DNA from: a virus
Lineage: Duplodnaviria > Heunggongvirae > Uroviricota > Caudoviricetes
Direction: 5' to 3' (one strand)
DNA length: 37,447 bases
IMG/VR virus record: IMGVR_UViG_2609459830_000021
Shown: piece by piece, positions 19,356-27,361 of the stretch
Position numbering within the stretch: the stretch's first letter is position 1
Layout: every line of letters starts with the position of its first letter
Notes under the pieces: model-generated
Seen by the model: the letters and a program-made list of their open reading frames with translations, nothing else
Database searches by the model: none
What the model was told of the DNA's origin: nothing
Translations under genes and position numbers: made by a program

Positions 19356-19513
19356 AATGACGCCCTCGAGTGGTTTCTTAATAACTCACCACCGACGACG
19401 CCAATCGTCTGGTGGTGAACTGTGCAGGGTTGGCGTAACCGGGAAACCGACCGGCGCGGATCTCTCCGCCCCCACACAGCCCACCATAATTCAGATGTGC
19501 GCGTGCATACGAC

Positions 19514-19593
19514 AATAAAAAACACGCTCGCGGCGTGTATCTGTCGCGGTCTCTATCCAGGACGCCAATCCCGACGCCAGATTTTGCTGGCGC
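19514..19593 (-). ncRNA. candidate small RNA A (promoter, 5' hairpin, intrinsic terminator) upstream of ORF6N gene A
   Basis: minus strand: TTGACG (19624-19629), 18-nt spacer, TATATT (19600-19605); 5' hairpin cgccag-caaaat-ctggcg (19575-19592); terminator acacgc-cgcga-gcgtgt + UUUUUU (19516-19538); whole unit conserved in copy B. Confidence 0.45.
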
Positions 19594-19808
19594 GTGAGGA
19601 ATATAGCCCCGAATAAATCATCACGTCAATCACCTTGTTTTCCTCGCACGATGTCTTAGCCACCGGATATCCCACAGGTGAGCCGTGTAATTGAAGGCTT
19701 TAACGTCAGATTCTTTTGGGATTGGCCTGGGTTTATTTCTGGAACGTTTCGTTGGAAGGTAATTGCAGTTTTCACAGACTATATCGGTAATGCTTCGTCG
19801 CTGTCGTC

Positions 19809-20219
19809 TCATTCATACCTCCTGTCGGTAAATCTGACACCCTGCTCCACAGCCCAGGAAGTTGTGTACTCAATCAGGCTTGCCATACGCTTCACGCTCA
19901 TCTGCGCACTGCTTTCGCGGATATTGACGTATTCACCTTCAAGACCAGGCAAAACATCAGCTTCCTGTTTTGTCGCCACGGCATGACCGCTGATTAACAA
20001 AACTTTCCACTGTTCTGGTTTTAGCCATCTGCCGCACCACTGAACCTGTCGGGAGATATCAGCGACCATCGCGTGAAATTTGGCATTTTGATCGAGATTC
20101 CGCTTGTAATCGGTGATGCGGATCGTAACGGGTTTGTCTTTATCGAGAGTTGTTGCAAGGATGGCGTTAATGGCGAATTGTTGCTGCTGCTTACTTCGGA
20201 GGAAGATAGTCTGGTTCAT
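19809..20219 (-). CDS. ninB: NinB (Orf-family recombination mediator, 136 aa)
   Basis: …[41 protein letters not shown]… parallels lambda NinB (…VTIQERNRSLDQNRKLWACLGDVSRQVEWHGRWLDAESWK…, from memory). Confidence 0.8.
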   Translation of the reverse strand: MNQTIFLRSKQQQQFAINAILATTLDKDKPVTIRITDYKRNLDQNAKFHAMVADISRQVQWCGRWLKPEQWKVLLISGHAVATKQEADVLPGLEGEYVNIRESSAQMSVKRMASLIEYTTSWAVEQGVRFTDRRYE

Positions 20220-20248
20220 TATTCCCTCTCACTGGATTTTCCCAACAA

Positions 20249-20270
20249 AAAAGGAGCCGAAGCTCCTTTA
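20249..20270 (-). terminator. Rho-independent terminator after ORF6N gene B
   Basis: minus-strand aaggagcttcggctcctt followed by ttttgttggg. Confidence 0.55.
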
Positions 20271-20273
20271 GTT

Positions 20274-20939
20274 TCAGAATTCAAATTGTCTTGCCCGCAG
20301 GCTTTTCAGCATTGGCATGGCCCGCTGGATAACGGAACTTGACATGTCGAGACGTGTTACCTCCCTCAGTAGCGCGTCTCTGTTCTTCGTCACCATGTAG
20401 ATGGTCTCAAACGCAATGTCATACAGCTTGTTCGTGTATGAGGAGTTCAGCTCTTTCATAATGGGATACAGGTGTTTGCTGATGTCCTGGGCTTTTTCCA
20501 TCCAGAGCTGCATGTAGCAAAGGAGGATGATTTCTTCGGCTGTGAATTGTGGCTGAATCTGCGGCTGCTGTTCGGTTGGTGCTGTTTTTCCCTGGCTGAA
20601 ATAGCAGTCTTCCAGTTTTTCGAATACCTCCCACGCCCGATCGGTTTCGAGCATTTTTGCGTGACGGGCTGCGCCGCGTTCTGTCCAGAGGATGAGGGAG
20701 CGGGCATTTTTACCAACTAACCCGATTGTTTCGGGTCTGTTCTTAAACTCGCGTAATTCGTTTTTTTCAATTTTAAAGTAATGCTTTCCGGGCATGAATC
20801 GCGTCGTGTTGTTCAGAAAGTTATCAGAAATGTTTTTGATTTTTGTTCCGTAAAGGTGAGCCAACAGTTCAGTAGTAATTACGGGGATCTGGTTATAGGT
20901 AACAGGGGAAAGGTTTTCGACAGAAATTTGAACAGCCAT
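20274..20939 (-). CDS. ORF6N/KilA-N-type domain protein, paralogue B (putative antirepressor, 221 aa)
   Basis: see paralogue A; ATG at 20939. Confidence 0.6.
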   Translation of the reverse strand: MAVQISVENLSPVTYNQIPVITTELLAHLYGTKIKNISDNFLNNTTRFMPGKHYFKIEKNELREFKNRPETIGLVGKNARSLILWTERGAARHAKMLETDRAWEVFEKLEDCYFSQGKTAPTEQQPQIQPQFTAEEIILLCYMQLWMEKAQDISKHLYPIMKELNSSYTNKLYDIAFETIYMVTKNRDALLREVTRLDMSSSVIQRAMPMLKSLRARQFEF

Positions 20940-21101
20940 AATGACCTCGCGTTTCGATAATTTTTACCTCGCCACCGTCAGGTGCTAATCATCGTGGTGG
21001 CGAACTGTGCGGGGTTAGCACTACCGGTCGAAACATCCGGCGAGCCTTTCGGCTCCCCCACACAGCCCGCCATAAATCGCGAATGTGACTGTGCTTAGCG
21101 C

Positions 21102-21178
21102 ATAAAAAAACCGCCAGCGCGGTTATGCACCGTTTCGATATCCGGGGTGCTAATCCCGACGCCAGGTTTTGCTGGCGC
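21102..21178 (-). ncRNA. candidate small RNA B (paralogue of sRNA A) upstream of ORF6N gene B
   Basis: minus strand: TTGACA (21209-21214), 18-nt spacer, TATATT (21185-21190); 5' hairpin cgccag-caaaac-ctggcg; terminator aaccgc-gctg-gcggtt + UUUUUUU (21104-21122). Confidence 0.45.
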
Positions 21179-21281
21179 GTGAGGAATATAGCCCCGAACA
21201 CGCGACGTTGTCAAACTGATGGCATTGCAGATCCCTACGCAATGTAACACTATGTGTTATACATTAATAACGGAACAAAAA

Positions 21282-21652
21282 ATGCGCATTTTTAAAAACG
21301 CCTGGTTTGAGCGATTTGCACGCAAAACAAAATATCCGACCAATCACTGCGCGAAATTGTTAAACAGGCTGATAACGGGCTTATCTCAGCAAACCTGGGT
21401 AACGGCGTTATCAAGCAACGTCTGCCACGAGTCGGTGGCGGCAAATCTGGCGGTTATCGCACAATCATTTTCTATCGCGTCGGCACAAGGGCCTTTTTCG
21501 TATATGCATACGCAAAAAATGAACGTGAAAATATAACCGCTACTGCGGAAAGTGCATTTCGGAAGGCGGCTCCTCACGTACTCAATCTAACAGATGAACA
21601 ACTGGCACAACTGATTCTACAGGGTCAGTTTACGGAGGTACCCAATGAGTAA
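21282..21652 (+). pseudogene. RelE/ParE-superfamily (HigB-like) toxin gene interrupted by a frameshift in an A-run
   Basis: frame a: MRIFKNAWFERFARK… (21282 onward); frame b from ~21325: KISDQSLREIVKQADNGLISANLGNGVIKQRLPRVGGGKSGGYRTIIFYRVGTRAFFVYAYAKNERENI…EVPNE ending TAA 21650-21652; the switch lies in aaaacaaaa (21324-21332). Confidence 0.6.
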
Positions 21653-21962
21653 AAATTACCGCAGTGATGCGCTTGCATCCGTACATGAAATGATGGAATC
21701 GCTTCATGATATCGGCGCAGTAACGAAACAGACTATGCGAGAATTCGATGAAACTTGTCTCCAGCCAGCGCCGGTAATGTCTCCGGAAAGGATCCGTGCA
21801 CTGCGCGAACGAGAGCATCTGTCTCAACCTGTTTTTGCCAGATACCTCAACGTCAGTAAAAACCTGATATCAGACTGGGAACGTGGTGTAAAACGGCCGG
21901 GAGGTGCCGCTCTTCGCCTTCTTTCAGTCGTAGAGAAAAACGGGATCCAGGTAATATCATGA
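21645..21962 (+). CDS. HTH (XRE-type) antitoxin, HigA-like (105 aa)
   Basis: ATG overlaps toxin stop (ATGAGTAA); C-terminal HTH …LSQPVFARYLNVSKNLISDWERGVKRP…; toxin-first order typical of higBA-type modules. Confidence 0.6.
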   Translation: MSKNYRSDALASVHEMMESLHDIGAVTKQTMREFDETCLQPAPVMSPERIRALREREHLSQPVFARYLNVSKNLISDWERGVKRPGGAALRLLSVVEKNGIQVIS

Positions 21963-21981
21963 TACTCCAATACAACAAAAC

Positions 21982-22000
21982 CCGCCGAAGCGGGTTTTCA
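21982..22000. terminator. bidirectional intrinsic terminator between convergent higA-like and doc genes
   Basis: cccgccgaagcggg flanked by aaaa and tttt; identical hairpin recurs at 22822-22840. Confidence 0.6.
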
Positions 22001-22012
22001 TTAGAAGCACCT

Positions 22013-22498
22013 TTAGTTTTGCTGTTCTATTTTAAGCTTGATAGTTTCATACAAAACAATAGTTGCGCCTGTTTTACATAATTCCCGGCTGTCATACGCA
22101 CGAGACCAATAACACAACCAGTTCTCGAGATCTTCTCGAGTATAGGTTTTGCAGGCCAGTCCCTCTGCCATTTCCACGATTTCATCGCCTGGTGCTGTTA
22201 ACTCATAGCCATTCAACAACAAGAAGACATAACCAGCCATCATAGCTGTTCGTTTGTTTGCATTAGCAAATGGATGATTCTGAATCAGACTTTCAATCAA
22301 TACTGATGCCAGTACAAACATGTCATTAGTCTGTTCATACCATCGAACCATGCTGGGACGAGACTGAGAAGAACTTAAATTATCAACACTCAGCACACTA
22401 ACAGGTTCATCTGGTGTTTGAAGCTCAATTAAAAGGCGATTAATTTCGGTAAGATCATCAAACGAAAGGTAGTGCACTCCTTCAACAATCTCAGCCAT
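22013..22498 (-). CDS. doc: Fic/Doc-family toxin (Doc-like, 161 aa from ATG 22498)
   Basis: Fic motif HPFANANKRTAMMAGYVFL (HxFx(D/N)xNKR); ORF track start 22507 is TTG, ATG 22498 preferred. Confidence 0.7.
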   Translation of the reverse strand: MAEIVEGVHYLSFDDLTEINRLLIELQTPDEPVSVLSVDNLSSSQSRPSMVRWYEQTNDMFVLASVLIESLIQNHPFANANKRTAMMAGYVFLLLNGYELTAPGDEIVEMAEGLACKTYTREDLENWLCYWSRAYDSRELCKTGATIVLYETIKLKIEQQN

Positions 22499-22516
22499 AG
22501 AGCACAATACCCATCA

Positions 22517-22696
22517 TTACACTTTTGAAAGTTCTTCCATTGCCTTCTCGTAACGAGAAAAACCGAAATCGAAAGCATTTTTCACCTGCTCACGATGAGT
22601 GCAATTTTCATCGATAGCCGGGCGCGGAGCTGCCACAACGCTTTTATCGCGAGGGGGAATAGTCAATCGCGGGTGTTTTTTTAGTGCGTAGCTCAT
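22517..22696 (-). CDS. putative antitoxin for Doc (59 aa from ATG 22696)
   Basis: small ORF immediately upstream of doc on same strand (phd-doc-type arrangement); ORF track start 22741 is TTG; family not recognised from sequence. Confidence 0.4.
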   Translation of the reverse strand: MSYALKKHPRLTIPPRDKSVVAAPRPAIDENCTHREQVKNAFDFGFSRYEKAMEELSKV

Positions 22697-22821
22697 TGGG
22701 TGTACCCTTACTTCTCCGTCCTGTTCTTTAACAAAAATCAAGTCAATACAAAATTAGTCAGGCTAATGTTGTTAGCATAGCCTAATACCAATCGTATTCA
22801 CAACCACAGTAAGTGAAAAAA

Positions 22822-22840
22822 CCCGCCGAAGCGGGTTAAG
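22822..22840 (-). terminator. Rho-independent terminator downstream of hok
   Basis: minus-strand aacccgcttcggcggg followed by ttttttcac. Confidence 0.55.
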
Positions 22841-22905
22841 TGCGGGTGCGTTGAGGATGCCTGACACATCAGAGGTGGCGAGGGATTTCTCCCTCGCCTG
22901 GTCTC

Positions 22906-23061
22906 TTACTCCTCAGGTTCGTAAGCTGTGAAGACAGCAACCTCCGTCTGACCGGTTCGGATTCGTACCTCGCAGAGGTCTTTCCTCGTTACCAGTGCCG
23001 TCACTACGACGGTAATACAGATGACGATCAGGGCGACTAACATCGCCTTTTGCTGCTTCAT
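22906..23061 (-). CDS. hok: Hok/Gef-family type I toxin (51 aa)
   Basis: MKQQKAMLVALIVICITVVVTALVTRKDLCEVRIRTGQTEVAVFTAYEPEE is near-identical to HokD/RelF as recalled; overlapping upstream in-frame ORF to 23118 corresponds to mok. Confidence 0.85.
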   Translation of the reverse strand: MKQQKAMLVALIVICITVVVTALVTRKDLCEVRIRTGQTEVAVFTAYEPEE

Positions 23062-23104
23062 AGCCTGCTTCTCCTTGCCTTTCGGCGCGTAAGAGGCTAA
23101 CCTA

Positions 23105-23170
23105 CATATGTCTAGCATGAAATTGGCCTCAGATTAATGTTAGGCGTCTTGCAGGACGCGTAATGTTAAC
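23105..23170 (+). ncRNA. sok: candidate Sok-type antisense RNA overlapping mok translation initiation region
   Basis: expected by hok/sok architecture; plus-strand TTGCCT-17-TAACCT promoter-like elements near 23085-23112 and hairpin gcgtc-ttgcag-gacgc at 23145-23160; boundaries approximate. Confidence 0.3.
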
Positions 23171-23306
23171 TGGGGCTTTTCTCTGTCTGCCTTACGGTGG
23201 CATGCCCGAGGCAGACAGCCTCAAGCACCCGCAGCAATTCTACTTAACTCTCGCTTTACCGCAAACCGTTTTTACCCGATATGGGAATTCCCATATCGTA
23301 ATGAAT

Positions 23307-23411
23307 TCAGTTCCCTAGTCGATCCATCAAAAACACAACCAGGCAGTAAACGCCCACAACAGCAATAACAGCCAGCGCACCTTCCATTGCCAGTGATATA
23401 TCATCCGACAT
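23307..23411 (-). CDS. small hydrophobic peptide (34 aa) with strong RBS
   Basis: hand translation MSDDISLAMEGALAVIAVVGVYCLVVFLMDRLGN; AAAGGAGGGAAT immediately upstream of ATG 23411; not in ORF track. Confidence 0.35.
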   Translation of the reverse strand: MSDDISLAMEGALAVIAVVGVYCLVVFLMDRLGN

Positions 23412-23529
23412 ATTCCCTCCTTTGGTGTTAATCCCGGCGAACGTTTTTACCCCCACCGACAAATAACATATACTAAAAAATCAATAGCCATAGCAACGCC
23501 TGTAATTGCAAATGCTTCAGGCCAGTTCA

Positions 23530-24111
23530 TTAGCGCACCTCCTGCGGCGGTTCTGGTAGCGGCATCCAGTCGGTTACATTGCGGCTCTGTGTTTCGAAAA
23601 ATTCATCACCATTACGGACTACATCAAAAAACTCACCGTCTCGATATTGCGCATAAAGAACGAATGCGCCATCACATAAAATAATTACGTGCTGACCGTC
23701 ATCCGGCATTCGCTCACTACAGCTTATCCAACCATCCAGAGTTACCGGATGGTTGGTTGACGTTTCCGAGATTTCCCGAAAATTATTGGTTGACGAACCC
23801 TTATTTTCCCGAAAGTTTCCAGCCTGAAGCATGGCGGCGCTGTCTGGCGGGGCAGCATATAGCGGCACGTATATTTCCGGTTCCTTATCAGCACCGGGTT
23901 GCTCTTCCAGTGAGAATGTCTTTCCGGTAAATCGATTCATATAAAGCACGGGCTCTGCTTCCAGCGAAGCCTGAGCAACAAGGGCCAGTGCTAAATCCAA
24001 CTCAATTGCCTCGAGAGAATTTTTGAATGCTGTCTGTTTTACTGCAAATTTCATCGCCTTTACATTTTCACTAACATGACTGATTAACTGCTCTTTTGTA
24101 AAAGTGGTCAT
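23530..24111 (-). CDS. DUF551-like phage protein (193 aa from ATG 24111)
   Basis: C-terminal …DGWISCSERMPDDGQHVIILCDGAFVLYAQYRDGEFF… resembles DUF551; AAGGAG 7 nt upstream of ATG 24111 (ORF track start 24171 is GTG). Confidence 0.5.
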   Translation of the reverse strand: MTTFTKEQLISHVSENVKAMKFAVKQTAFKNSLEAIELDLALALVAQASLEAEPVLYMNRFTGKTFSLEEQPGADKEPEIYVPLYAAPPDSAAMLQAGNFRENKGSSTNNFREISETSTNHPVTLDGWISCSERMPDDGQHVIILCDGAFVLYAQYRDGEFFDVVRNGDEFFETQSRNVTDWMPLPEPPQEVR

Positions 24112-24167
24112 CTCATTCTCCTTTGATGCGAATGCCAGCGACAATTGAAGCCTGATAGCTAATTTAC

Positions 24168-24578
24168 TCACAGTACCGCCTCCTGAAAATTCCCCTGATA
24201 GAAAGCCAGCACGCGCTGCATAACTTCACTATTCCGGCACTCGCGACAGATTATGTTCAGGCGTCTATCGTAGCGGCGAATTTCTCCGTCTGGTAACTTT
24301 CGAATCAATGTCTGGTCAGTTGTTTTCTCCGGTGTCTTACGCCATACGCGATACACCTGTTCTGATGCAAAAACACCGTATTTACCGGACATGTATAAAT
24401 CGCCACAAGCCAGTACATCCACAAGGCAACGTCTGACTGAATGCCAGCCTGCTCCCGTCGCTCTCTCCAGTTGCGATATCGTCATGCGTTCATTTTTGCG
24501 TACCAATCCGATAATTCGTGCCTTCAGTTCTTCCCGCTGTTCGTGTGTAAAAGGTTTCGCCATAAGCGCCTCCGGCAA
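24168..24578 (-). CDS. hypothetical HTH-containing protein (136 aa)
   Basis: …RMTISQLERATGAGWHSVRRCL… HTH-like; coupled to flanking genes. Confidence 0.4.
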   Translation of the reverse strand: MPEALMAKPFTHEQREELKARIIGLVRKNERMTISQLERATGAGWHSVRRCLVDVLACGDLYMSGKYGVFASEQVYRVWRKTPEKTTDQTLIRKLPDGEIRRYDRRLNIICRECRNSEVMQRVLAFYQGNFQEAVL

Positions 24579-25349
24579 TCACTTTTCCGACACAATACGA
24601 CCGGATGAATCGACAATCTGTCGAACAATATCCCGGTGCTTGTTCAGCTCCCGCAGCGCGGCGCAGACTCGCTCCCACTTCTGGACCTGTTTTTTGGCGC
24701 GACGAAGTTCTCGACTGGCAGCATGCAGCGATGGAAGCATCACCGAACTGGCAGATTTTTCGGTGAATGATGGAACTTCTCGGATAAACTCATCTGTACT
24801 GGCCTTTGCCGTGCTCTCTGATGCCAACGGAAAACGATTCATTTCATCGCCTGCCGCGCTGTTTTCTGCGTCATGGTGTGATTGCTTATTCTGCGATGAT
24901 AAGGCGCTCAAATCGCCGTTTTCGACATCAGGCATTTTGTAACGGAATTTTCCGTTGCTGATCTCGCGTACCAGGCGTCTCGTTGCTGTTACCACCGCCA
25001 ACGTGGAAGCAACCTTACGAGTGCTGACACCGAACTTCCCCGCCAGTTCCTCACAGGTTTTAGCCCCCTCCTGAGAGATAAACTCAATCATCATGTCAGC
25101 GCTAACTTTTGGAGCGACCTCTTCGGTCAGCATATCCTGTGTTTCAGATTTTACTGGCCGCTCTTCGGTTACCCGGGATTCACCTTCGACAGCCAGAAAC
25201 CAGGTGTGACCCGTTTTATCAACAACGCCATTTTTTTTGAGCTCCCACAGTTCGTTGAGAACTTCTTCACGGCTGATATCAAGTCGTGCCGCCAGTTCAA
25301 CAGAATTGGCTTTTCCCATCGCTTTCAGTGCATGTAATACGGTTTCCAT
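24579..25349 (-). CDS. hypothetical protein with N-terminal winged-helix DNA-binding domain (256 aa)
   Basis: …ANSVELAARLDISREEVLNELWELKKNGVV… wHTH-like; follows DnaC-like gene. Confidence 0.4.
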   Translation of the reverse strand: METVLHALKAMGKANSVELAARLDISREEVLNELWELKKNGVVDKTGHTWFLAVEGESRVTEERPVKSETQDMLTEEVAPKVSADMMIEFISQEGAKTCEELAGKFGVSTRKVASTLAVVTATRRLVREISNGKFRYKMPDVENGDLSALSSQNKQSHHDAENSAAGDEMNRFPLASESTAKASTDEFIREVPSFTEKSASSVMLPSLHAASRELRRAKKQVQKWERVCAALRELNKHRDIVRQIVDSSGRIVSEK

Positions 25350-25374
25350 CGAAAATTTACCTCGTCAAAAATTC

Positions 25375-26115
25375 TCACATACCCTGACGTCCAACGTTTG
25401 ACCGCCAGCTCTCCCAGTTAAAATTCACCCAACGACCACCGTTCATGGTCATCCGGTCCATAATCCTCTCACCAAGAAGCGTGCTCATTGCGGCATGATT
25501 CAGGTTTGTCAGCATCCCGACACTGCGCAGTGATGCCGTCCGGCGGTCAACAATCTGGTGCAGTACCACCTGCTCGTTTTTCGTCTCACGCTGGATGCCA
25601 ATTTCGTCAAGAACCAGGAGGTCCACTTCGCACAGTTCACGCAAAAATTTTTCCCCTGACAGTCCGTCGTCATAGCTGGCATGTAACGCGCTCATCACAT
25701 CCGCCACGGTGACCACTATCACGGATTTACCGGCCTTCAGCAGACGATTACCCACAGCCGCCGCCAGATGATTTTTTCCGGTTCCCGGATTCCCGCTGAA
25801 CACGAAGTTTGTATAACCGGTCATCAATTCATCGACAATGGATTTCGCCTGGCTCAGAGCATGGCGCTGACCGTCGTTCTGCACCCGGTAGTTCCCGAAT
25901 GAGCACTTCCTGTGAAGCGGCTGGATGCCCGCACGGTTCAGGATTTTTTCAACCCGCGCCTGATGATTCAGGCGGTTAATTTCCTCGCTGCGCTTACGGC
26001 CCTCAGCCAGTTGCCATTCCCGCCATTCGTCGGTCGTCCGGAACGGTGCTGCCACGTGCGGTGGTGCCAGACGGCGCACCCGTTCAAGAATCCCTCCAGT
26101 CGAAATGTTTTTCAT
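25375..26115 (-). CDS. DnaC-family helicase loader (IstB-like AAA+ ATPase)
   Basis: Walker A FSGNPGTGKNHLA, Walker B LLVLDEIG; position after replication initiator. Confidence 0.8.
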   Translation of the reverse strand: MKNISTGGILERVRRLAPPHVAAPFRTTDEWREWQLAEGRKRSEEINRLNHQARVEKILNRAGIQPLHRKCSFGNYRVQNDGQRHALSQAKSIVDELMTGYTNFVFSGNPGTGKNHLAAAVGNRLLKAGKSVIVVTVADVMSALHASYDDGLSGEKFLRELCEVDLLVLDEIGIQRETKNEQVVLHQIVDRRTASLRSVGMLTNLNHAAMSTLLGERIMDRMTMNGGRWVNFNWESWRSNVGRQGM

Positions 26116-26121
26116 GGCTGA

Positions 26122-27198
26122 TTACCCCCTGAAACCCGGCGGAATTTCGGTGTCCGGTTCAGAAATGTGATTCACGCAACGCAGGCTGACTGCGCCAGCC
26201 TTCGGCAGCGACCACGGATTTTCGAAATTCCTGTTCGGGCCAAAAAACGTCGATGCCTGCTGAACAAATTCAGTTCCCGCTTTCCCGGTAGCCTCCAGGT
26301 ATCTTGCGTAACGCCTCACGCCATCCAGCACGACATCCGGTGACACCCCTTCGCGTAATCTGGCCCTCCAGGCATTGAACGCGGATTTCTTCGGGTTTGA
26401 CCCTGCCCGATGCGGATATTCACGCCAGACCCGTTCGAACACGTCAGGATAATCAACTCGTCCCGCAGACGGTCCCGGCATCGCCCGGGTTAACCCAATC
26501 GGCTTCCCGCTCATCGCGGAATCGGCTTCAGGCTGCTGCGGTTGGCGTTGTTGCTCCGGTTCGACGATCAGCACCTGCTGCACACAACGCCCGGAATCTG
26601 CTTCCGGTGTCGTGCCAGCTGGTCCTGGACGTTCAGTCAGAACAGGACAAAAATCCCCCTGTGGGTCCGTGGCGATTTTTTCGCCATGGACCAGAAGGGT
26701 TTTATCCCTTTCCTGTTCCTGTTCCTGTTCTTGGCTTGAAAGGGGCTCTGAAGGGGCTTCAATTTTCCGACATGATTCACGTCTGACATCCAGGTGGAAA
26801 TCATCCTTATATCTATCATAAAAGGATGATAAAAAAGGATTTTCCAGCAACGCGGAATATTCATTTCTTACCCCAGCACAACGGTTATCGCCAGGTTTCA
26901 GCGATTCACCAACCTGCCATGCTGCCATTTCATGCACCCATACAACCTCAGAATCATGGTCATAGCTGCAAAAACCAGCCTCGCAAGCCATTTGAAGCCC
27001 CTTAGAAGCCCCTTCAGGAGCAAGTCCGGTTTCGTGAGCAATGTACAAAACAGGCAGGTAATAAAGGCCCAGCATATTGGAATGAGGCGAGGTCATCATA
27101 TACAACGCCACTACCATACATTCCGGACCAGACTTCCTTAGTTTTCGCCCTGTATCGCCTAACCAGAACTGAGGTGAAATTGTTGCGTAATTACGCAT
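26122..27198 (-). CDS. replication initiation protein (O-like replisome organiser, 358 aa)
   Basis: position between cII and DnaC-like gene; internal acidic SQEQEQEQE linker encoded by gttcct repeats; C-terminal domain …YPDVFERVWREYPHRAG…. Confidence 0.6.
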   Translation of the reverse strand: MRNYATISPQFWLGDTGRKLRKSGPECMVVALYMMTSPHSNMLGLYYLPVLYIAHETGLAPEGASKGLQMACEAGFCSYDHDSEVVWVHEMAAWQVGESLKPGDNRCAGVRNEYSALLENPFLSSFYDRYKDDFHLDVRRESCRKIEAPSEPLSSQEQEQEQERDKTLLVHGEKIATDPQGDFCPVLTERPGPAGTTPEADSGRCVQQVLIVEPEQQRQPQQPEADSAMSGKPIGLTRAMPGPSAGRVDYPDVFERVWREYPHRAGSNPKKSAFNAWRARLREGVSPDVVLDGVRRYARYLEATGKAGTEFVQQASTFFGPNRNFENPWSLPKAGAVSLRCVNHISEPDTEIPPGFRG

Positions 27199-27361
27199 AG
27201 TCCCCTCGCATACAAGATTTACTCCATACCGCAGACGGTCCCGGTATCTCCCGGGTTAACCCAATCGGCTTCAGGCTGCTGCGGTTGGTGTTGTTGCTGG
27301 CGAAATTCTTCCAGATGTGGCAGAATTATTCCCGTGTATTGCTCCATGCCCTGCCTGAATA

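Noticed and set aside
19422-19616. 64-aa plus-strand ORF and 70-aa minus-strand ORF (20989..21201) over the conserved non-coding blocks
   Set aside because: They are on opposite strands in the two paralogous copies and in non-conserved frames, so the conservation is not protein-coding
22517-22741. ORF-track starts at 22741, 22507, 17229, 24171, 30486, 31213, 32211 and 36900
   Set aside because: These positions are TTG or GTG codons; nearby in-frame ATG codons with better RBS context were preferred, except 36900 where no alternative exists
26697-26735. cctgtt tandem repeats inside the O-like gene as a replication-origin iteron array
   Set aside because: Only three short units, encoding an acidic EQ linker; more likely in-frame slippage than a true iteron array, so mentioned only within the O-gene duplication finding
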